A DNA stretch of 32,000 nucleotides. Origin: Candidatus Sericytochromatia bacterium (GTDB lineage Bacteria > Cyanobacteriota > Sericytochromatia > S15B-MN24 > UBA4093). Below the pieces are notes generated by a model. The model did not search any database and was not told the DNA's origin. It saw nothing but the letters and a program-made list of their open reading frames with translations. The number at the start of each line of letters is the position of its first letter. Position 1 is the first letter of the stretch. The stretch lies in the NCBI GenBank assembly GCA_036676455.1, contig JAKFCW010000137.1:13783-45782 (forward strand), given 5' to 3'. Made by a program: the position numbers and the translations under genes. Shown piece by piece: positions 27,902-32,000 of this stretch.

Positions 27902-27930
27902 TTGTAATGAGGGTCGACGGGTGATATAGT
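27902..27930 (+). promoter_or_regulatory. Sigma70-like promoter: TTGTAA, 17-nt spacer, TATAGT
   Basis: Hexamers lie at 27902-27907 and 27925-27930, about 35 nt upstream of the yggS start. This is the only obvious promoter-like element before the four-gene operon. Confidence 0.45.
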
Positions 27931-27964
27931 CGGTTGGCAACCACCACCATGCCTGTTTGTTGAC

Positions 27965-28687
27965 GTGATGCTGTCCGACTTGACCGCCAATCTGGCTACC
28001 GTTCGCGCCCGACTTGAGCGGGCGGCTGAGCGCTCGGGCAGGGATCCTGCAAGCATCCGCCTGGTGGCGGTGACCAAGCAGGTGGACGCGGATCGCATCC
28101 GCGAGCTGCACTCCCTGGGCGTTCGAACGGTCGGGGAGAACCGGGTTCAGGAGGCGCTTCGCAAGCAAGCGGAGCTGGCGGATCTGGACCTCGCGTGGCA
28201 CCTGATCGGTCACCTGCAGACCAACAAGGTCAAGCAGGTCATCGGAGCCTTCGATCTCGTTCACGGAGTGGACTCCGTGAAGCTCGCCCGAGCGCTGGAC
28301 GCCCGCGCGCAGGAAGTCTGGCAGGGGAAGACCCGCCAGGACGTCCTCTTGCAGGTCAACGTCGCGAGGGAAGCGAGTAAACATGGTTTTTTTCCGGAGG
28401 ATCTACCGGCTGCCGCCCAGGAGATCCTGAGCTTGGAGCACCTGAACCTTCGCGGCCTGATGACGGTGGCGCCCTACGCGGCGGACCCGGAATCGGTCCG
28501 GGGAGTCTTTAGGCGGCTGCGCGACCTGCGCGACGCGTGCCAACGCGTGGCCGGAGACCGCACGGAATTGAGCGAACTTTCGATGGGGATGAGTCAGGAC
28601 TTTGCTGTCGCCATCGAAGAAGGGGCCACGATCGTCCGGATCGGCACGGCTCTTTTTGGAAGACGACCGGCTATACAGCAATTCTAA
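27965..28687 (+). CDS. yggS: YggS/PipY-family PLP homeostasis protein (COG0325)
   Basis: Motifs are RLVAVTKQ (PLP lysine), HLIGHLQTNK, LSMGMSQDF and VRIGTALFG. The start is either GTG 27965 or the adjacent ATG 27968. Confidence 0.88.
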   Translation: MMLSDLTANLATVRARLERAAERSGRDPASIRLVAVTKQVDADRIRELHSLGVRTVGENRVQEALRKQAELADLDLAWHLIGHLQTNKVKQVIGAFDLVHGVDSVKLARALDARAQEVWQGKTRQDVLLQVNVAREASKHGFFPEDLPAAAQEILSLEHLNLRGLMTVAPYAADPESVRGVFRRLRDLRDACQRVAGDRTELSELSMGMSQDFAVAIEEGATIVRIGTALFGRRPAIQQF

Positions 28688-28693
28688 GGAGGC

Positions 28694-29164
28694 ATGATGA
28701 GCGCCGAGATCTGGAGCAAGGTGAAGACCTTCGTGGGACTAGATGGGGACCTCGACGAGGTTTACGAAGAGGATGAGACGGTGACGAACGAGCCCAAGAA
28801 GCCGGCCCGCAACATCGTGGGCCTTCCCGCCCCCAATTCCCAGGAGATGGTCGTCCTCGAGCCCCGCAGCTTCGACGACGCCCTCGGGATCATCGAGAAC
28901 CTGCGCTCCCGCCGCGCGGTCATCCTCAACCTGAACGGCCTCACCGCCGAGCAGTCGCAGCGCCTCGTCGACTTCGTGTCCGGCGCCTGCCACGCCCTCG
29001 ACGGCAACCAGGAGCGGATCGGCGACGCCATCTTCCTGTTCGCCCCCTCCAACGTCAAGATCAACGCCCTCCACGCCGAGCAGTCGTGGATGCCCGGCGC
29101 CAGCCAGGCCGCGGCCGCCGCGACCACCGCTCCCTCCAAGGACCTCTTCTGGCGCGTTCGCTAG
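28694..29164 (+). CDS. sepF: Cell division protein SepF
   Basis: The SepF/DUF552 core is VVLEPRSFDDALGIIENLRSRRAVILNLNGL...QRLVDFVSGACHALDGNQERIGDAIFLFAPSNVKI. The SD AAGGAGG overlaps the yggS stop codon. Confidence 0.88.
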   Translation: MMSAEIWSKVKTFVGLDGDLDEVYEEDETVTNEPKKPARNIVGLPAPNSQEMVVLEPRSFDDALGIIENLRSRRAVILNLNGLTAEQSQRLVDFVSGACHALDGNQERIGDAIFLFAPSNVKINALHAEQSWMPGASQAAAAATTAPSKDLFWRVR

Positions 29165-29185
29165 AACGATCCCAGGAGCTCAACC

Positions 29186-30028
29186 GTGCCTTCCAAGCCC
29201 CAGCTCGCCTTCATCGGAGGCGGCACCATGGCGGAGGCCCTGATCAAGGGCCTCCTCAACCAGGGTCTCTTCGAGCCCTCGGCGCTGCTCGTCAGTGACC
29301 CGCTAGAGGCACGTCTATCCACCCTGCGAGAGACCTACGGCATCCAGACCACCTCGGACAACCTCCGGGCCGTGGAAGCCGATGCCGTCCTCTTCGCCGT
29401 CAAGCCGGCGCAACTTCCGGACGTCCTGCGCGAGGTCGGGCCCCACTGGCGCCCGACCTGCCTGGGTCTCACGATCGTCGCGGGCTTCCGGCTCGACCTC
29501 TTCGCGCCTTACTTCCCCCAGGGCACTCCCCCCCTGGTCCGGGCCATGCCCAACACCCCCTGCGTCATCGGCGAGGGGATCTCGGCGATCGCCCCCAACC
29601 CCGACGTCACGCCCGACCAGCTCGAACTGGCCCGCACCATCTTCCGCGCCGTCGGCGAGGTCCTCGAACTCCCCGAGCACTACTTCGACGCCGTCACCGG
29701 CCTCAGCGGATCGGGGCCCGCGTATGTTACCCTGATCATTGAGGCCCTCATCGAGGCCGGCGTCCAGCAGGGGCTGCCGCGCCGCATCTCGCGCGAACTG
29801 GTTTGCCAGACCGTGAAGGGGGCCACGATGCTCGTCCAGCAATCCGGCAAGCACCCCGCGGAGCTCAAGGACCAGGTCACCACCCCCGCCGGGACCACCG
29901 CCGCCGGACTGCACGTGCTCGAGCAAGCCGCAATTCGCGCCACCCTGGCCCAGGCGGTCAGGGCGGCCACCGAACGCTCCATGGCCCTCGCGCCCGCCGC
30001 GACCCCGGAGCCCCAGCGGCAACACTGA
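29186..30028 (+). CDS. proC: Pyrroline-5-carboxylate reductase
   Basis: The GTG start follows AGGAG with a 7-nt spacing. The Rossmann motif is LAFIGGGTMAEAL, and P5CR motifs are RAMPNTP, LSGSGPAY and VTTPAGTT. Confidence 0.9.
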   Translation: MPSKPQLAFIGGGTMAEALIKGLLNQGLFEPSALLVSDPLEARLSTLRETYGIQTTSDNLRAVEADAVLFAVKPAQLPDVLREVGPHWRPTCLGLTIVAGFRLDLFAPYFPQGTPPLVRAMPNTPCVIGEGISAIAPNPDVTPDQLELARTIFRAVGEVLELPEHYFDAVTGLSGSGPAYVTLIIEALIEAGVQQGLPRRISRELVCQTVKGATMLVQQSGKHPAELKDQVTTPAGTTAAGLHVLEQAAIRATLAQAVRAATERSMALAPAATPEPQRQH

Positions 30029-30093
30029 ACGCCGGCGGCCGTCTTGCGGCCACCCGCGCATCATCGTCTCCGGCTCTTGGGAAGAGGTAAGTC

Positions 30094-30369
30094 ATGGCCT
30101 TTATCGTCACCGTTCTCTACTCGCTCTTCCGGCTCTGGTCGCTGCTGCTGCTGGTCTGGGTCGTCCTCTCCTGGATCCCCCAGATCCCGCGCCACCACCC
30201 CGCCGTCCAGTTCGTCGGCCGCATCATCGAGCCCACCGTCGCCCCCTTCCGCCGGGTCCTGCCCATGTCCATCGGCATCGACCTCAGCCCGATGATCGCC
30301 TACTTCGTCTACTCCATTGCGATCCGCCTCATCGCTGGCATCCTGATGGGAGCCGAAGGCGCACTCTAA
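30094..30369 (+). CDS. yggT: YggT-family membrane protein
   Basis: The 91-aa product has two hydrophobic helices and an IDLSPMIAY motif typical of YggT/Ycf19. Its position after sepF/proC supports the call. Confidence 0.75.
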   Translation: MAFIVTVLYSLFRLWSLLLLVWVVLSWIPQIPRHHPAVQFVGRIIEPTVAPFRRVLPMSIGIDLSPMIAYFVYSIAIRLIAGILMGAEGAL

Positions 30370-30389
30370 GCCCGCCGGCTGGCCTCCCC

Positions 30390-30436
30390 TTAAGCCTCAG
30401 AGGGCCCCGCGAGTCGCGGGGCCCTCTGAGGCTTAA
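30390..30436. terminator. Perfect 22-bp-stem palindrome with a 3-nt loop between convergent genes (bidirectional terminator candidate, no U-tract)
   Basis: Positions 30390-30411 (ttaagcctcagagggccccgcg) pair perfectly with 30415-30436, with loop AGT. The element sits 21 nt after the yggT stop and 4 nt before the stop of the convergent gene. No T-run follows on either strand. Confidence 0.55.
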
Positions 30437-30440
30437 CAGC

Positions 30441-31067
30441 TCAATCGTAGCAGTCGAAGAGCCATGCAATCCGGCCGTCATCCCGGACCTCGATCCAGCC
30501 GACCTGCCCCTTCGCGTCTCGGATCTTCACCCACCACTCGATCTGCGGCTCTTTCGGCTCCAGAGCCAATCGGCGTCCCAGCACGGGATCCTCGGATTCC
30601 CACGAAGTCGCCAAGCGGACCTCTTCCCCTTCCAAATCGAGCCAGACGGACGGGATCAGCTGCCCCTTGAGCCTCACCATGTGGCCGGTCTCCCCCATGG
30701 GGTGGAGGATCTCGAGGCGATCGCCCGGCACCACCCGGTACTCGGGCCCCACCTCTGCCCCCCTGTCATCGTGTGAGCGAATCGAAACCACCTCCGTCAC
30801 CTGCACCACGACGGGCTGCAGGACCCGGATCACCCCCGATAGCGCCGTGAAGGTCTGCTTTGACGGCAGGGTGAAGACCACCGGTGACGCCCCTCCCTCC
30901 CCGCGATGGACCCGCAGGGGCTTGGCATTCTCCCACTCTTGCCCGTATTCCAGGCATCCCCAGGGGGGAAGCTTCGCCTCGCTGCGAAGGGGAGCCGCAT
31001 CCGCCCCTAGAAAAGCCATCCCCCCGAGCCACCCGGCAACGAGCGCAGAAAAAAGACGATGGGCCAT
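30441..31067 (-). CDS. Secreted hypothetical protein with a C-terminal SH3b-like segment
   Basis: The signal peptide is MAHRLFSALVAGWLGGMAFLGADA|AP and the SD is AAGGAG. The C-terminal WWVKIRDAKGQVGWIEV resembles bacterial SH3-type motifs. No catalytic motif was recognised. Confidence 0.55.
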   Translation of the reverse strand: MAHRLFSALVAGWLGGMAFLGADAAPLRSEAKLPPWGCLEYGQEWENAKPLRVHRGEGGASPVVFTLPSKQTFTALSGVIRVLQPVVVQVTEVVSIRSHDDRGAEVGPEYRVVPGDRLEILHPMGETGHMVRLKGQLIPSVWLDLEGEEVRLATSWESEDPVLGRRLALEPKEPQIEWWVKIRDAKGQVGWIEVRDDGRIAWLFDCYD

Positions 31068-31161
31068 GGGGACTCCTTTCGAGGGCGTGTCATCTCCGTG
31101 CTAACCATTATTCCCCCCGATGGCGGGATTGCTTCCTTGCCTAGTAGAACGCCTTCGACCC

Positions 31162-31170
31162 TGCTAAAAT
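31162..31170 (+). promoter_or_regulatory. Extended -10 element TGcTAAAAT
   Basis: TG at 31162-31163 and TAAAAT at 31165-31170 lie 65 nt upstream of ATG 31235. No good -35 sits at 17±1 nt. A small hairpin, GGGGT-CACTT-ACCCC (31191-31205), followed by GTTTTG lies in the predicted 5' UTR. Confidence 0.3.
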
Positions 31171-31234
31171 GAGGGGGTCGCGGCGGTTTTGGGGTCACTT
31201 ACCCCGTTTTGCTCGAAGGAGAGCCAGCGCAGCT

Positions 31235-32000
31235 ATGGAACGCGCGGAAGTCGTCATCGTCGGAGGCGGAATCATCGGCGCCTCCATCGCCTATCACCTC
31301 GCCAAGCGCGGCGTGAAGGACATCGTTCTGCTCGAACGCGAACTCTTCTTTGGTGCCGAATCCACCGCCAAGTGCGCCGGAGGCATCCGCTCCCAGTTCG
31401 GCACCCCCATCAACATCCAGCTCTCCCTGCTGTCCATCAAGCACTTCGAGACCTTCGCCGAGGAAATGGGCATCCCCGTCGACTTCCGCCAGGTGGGCTA
31501 CATGTTCATGTCCCCCACCCCCGAGAACTGGGAGCGCGCCAAGCAGGTCGCCGAGCTGCAGCGCCGCTACGGCGTCCCCGTCGAGGCCCTCACGCCCGAT
31601 CGCATCAAGGAGATGGTCCCCGCCATCGACACCTCGGACCTCGTCGGCGCCCACTTCTGCGGCATCGACGGCCTCGCCGATCCCCATGGCTTCCTCCAGG
31701 GCTACCTCAAGGTCGCCCGCCAGCTCGGCGTCCGCGTCCTCAACCAGCGCCCCGTCATCGGCTTCGTGACCGAGGAAGGCCGCATCACCGGCGTCCAGAC
31801 CCCCCAGGGCACCCTCTCCACCGGCCTGGTCATCAACGCCGCCGGCGCCTGGGCCGGACAGCTCGGCAAGCTGCTGGGCATCGACATCCCCGTCGTCCCG
31901 GTTCGCCGTCACATCGCCACCACCGCCGCCATGCCCTGGATCGATCCCCAGTGGCCCATGATGGTCGACAACGGCTCCGGCATCTACATGCACCCCGAAG
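31235..32000 (+). CDS. FAD-dependent oxidoreductase (DAO family, sarcosine-oxidase-beta/glycine-oxidase-like), N-terminal part; continues beyond the window
   Basis: ATG 31235 follows GAAGGAGAG. The dinucleotide-binding motif is VVIVGGGIIGASIAYHLAKRG, followed by GAESTAKCAGGIRSQF. The frame stays open to the window end. This ORF is not in the track because it has no stop in the window, and the 264-aa antisense ORF 31199..31993 is the artefact. Confidence 0.85.
   Translation, partial: MERAEVVIVGGGIIGASIAYHLAKRGVKDIVLLERELFFGAESTAKCAGGIRSQFGTPINIQLSLLSIKHFETFAEEMGIPVDFRQVGYMFMSPTPENWERAKQVAELQRRYGVPVEALTPDRIKEMVPAIDTSDLVGAHFCGIDGLADPHGFLQGYLKVARQLGVRVLNQRPVIGFVTEEGRITGVQTPQGTLSTGLVINAAGAWAGQLGKLLGIDIPVVPVRRHIATTAAMPWIDPQWPMMVDNGSGIYMHPE

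Noticed and set aside
31199-31993. A 264-aa minus-strand ORF.
   Set aside because: It is antisense to an open plus-strand frame that begins at ATG 31235 with a textbook FAD-binding GxGxxG motif. The product is Gly/Asp/Ala-rich filler.

Overview
This is a visibly GC-rich bacterial chromosomal window; I did not compute the GC value. I support about 31 protein-coding genes. I found no rRNA, tRNA, CRISPR array or transposase/integrase. Many long ORFs in the six-frame track are off-frame or antisense artefacts of the GC bias. Several real genes had to be re-started at internal SD-preceded GTG/ATG codons: minE, minD, acyP, the alpha/beta hydrolase, the AAA+ ATPase and the M20 amidohydrolase.

Layout:
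- 1-1.5 kb: hemL 3' end and an M23 lipoprotein.
- 1.6-5.0 kb: a 77-aa two-TM mini-protein translationally coupled to a 1058-aa transporter-like (SSS/SLC5-type) sensor histidine kinase. No response regulator is nearby.
- 5.0-14.5 kb, all on the minus strand: a very tightly packed cell-shape and division-site supercluster, maf-mreB-mreC-mreD-mrdA(PBP2)-minC-minD-minE-rodA, followed by an exported two-HKD phospholipase-D-family protein.
- 14.5-27.8 kb: the least housekeeping-like part. It holds a porin-like beta-barrel candidate, a REP-like double stem-loop element, an orphan HExxH protein with a proline-rich N-terminus, an M20D amidohydrolase and an orphan MCP behind an AT-rich palindromic promoter. 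It also holds an exported three-repeat helical protein, an ABC1/UbiB-like kinase-alpha/beta hydrolase-acylphosphatase operon, an overlapping S8 subtilase lipoprotein plus CarboxypepD_reg/DUF4350-like lipoprotein pair, and a divergent Ycf46-like AAA+ ATPase.
- 27.9-30.4 kb: a yggS(pipY-like)-sepF-proC-yggT operon, ended by a 22-bp perfect palindrome.
- 30.4-32.0 kb: an SH3b-like secreted protein and the 5' part of an FAD-dependent oxidoreductase.

I could not recognise any canonical defence, secretion or mobile system. The best candidates for something undescribed are the mini-protein plus transporter-kinase module, the orphan HExxH protein, the subtilase/lipoprotein pair with the divergent AAA+ ATPase, and the ABC1-hydrolase-AcyP operon. 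All functional calls rest on motifs read by eye, not on database searches.
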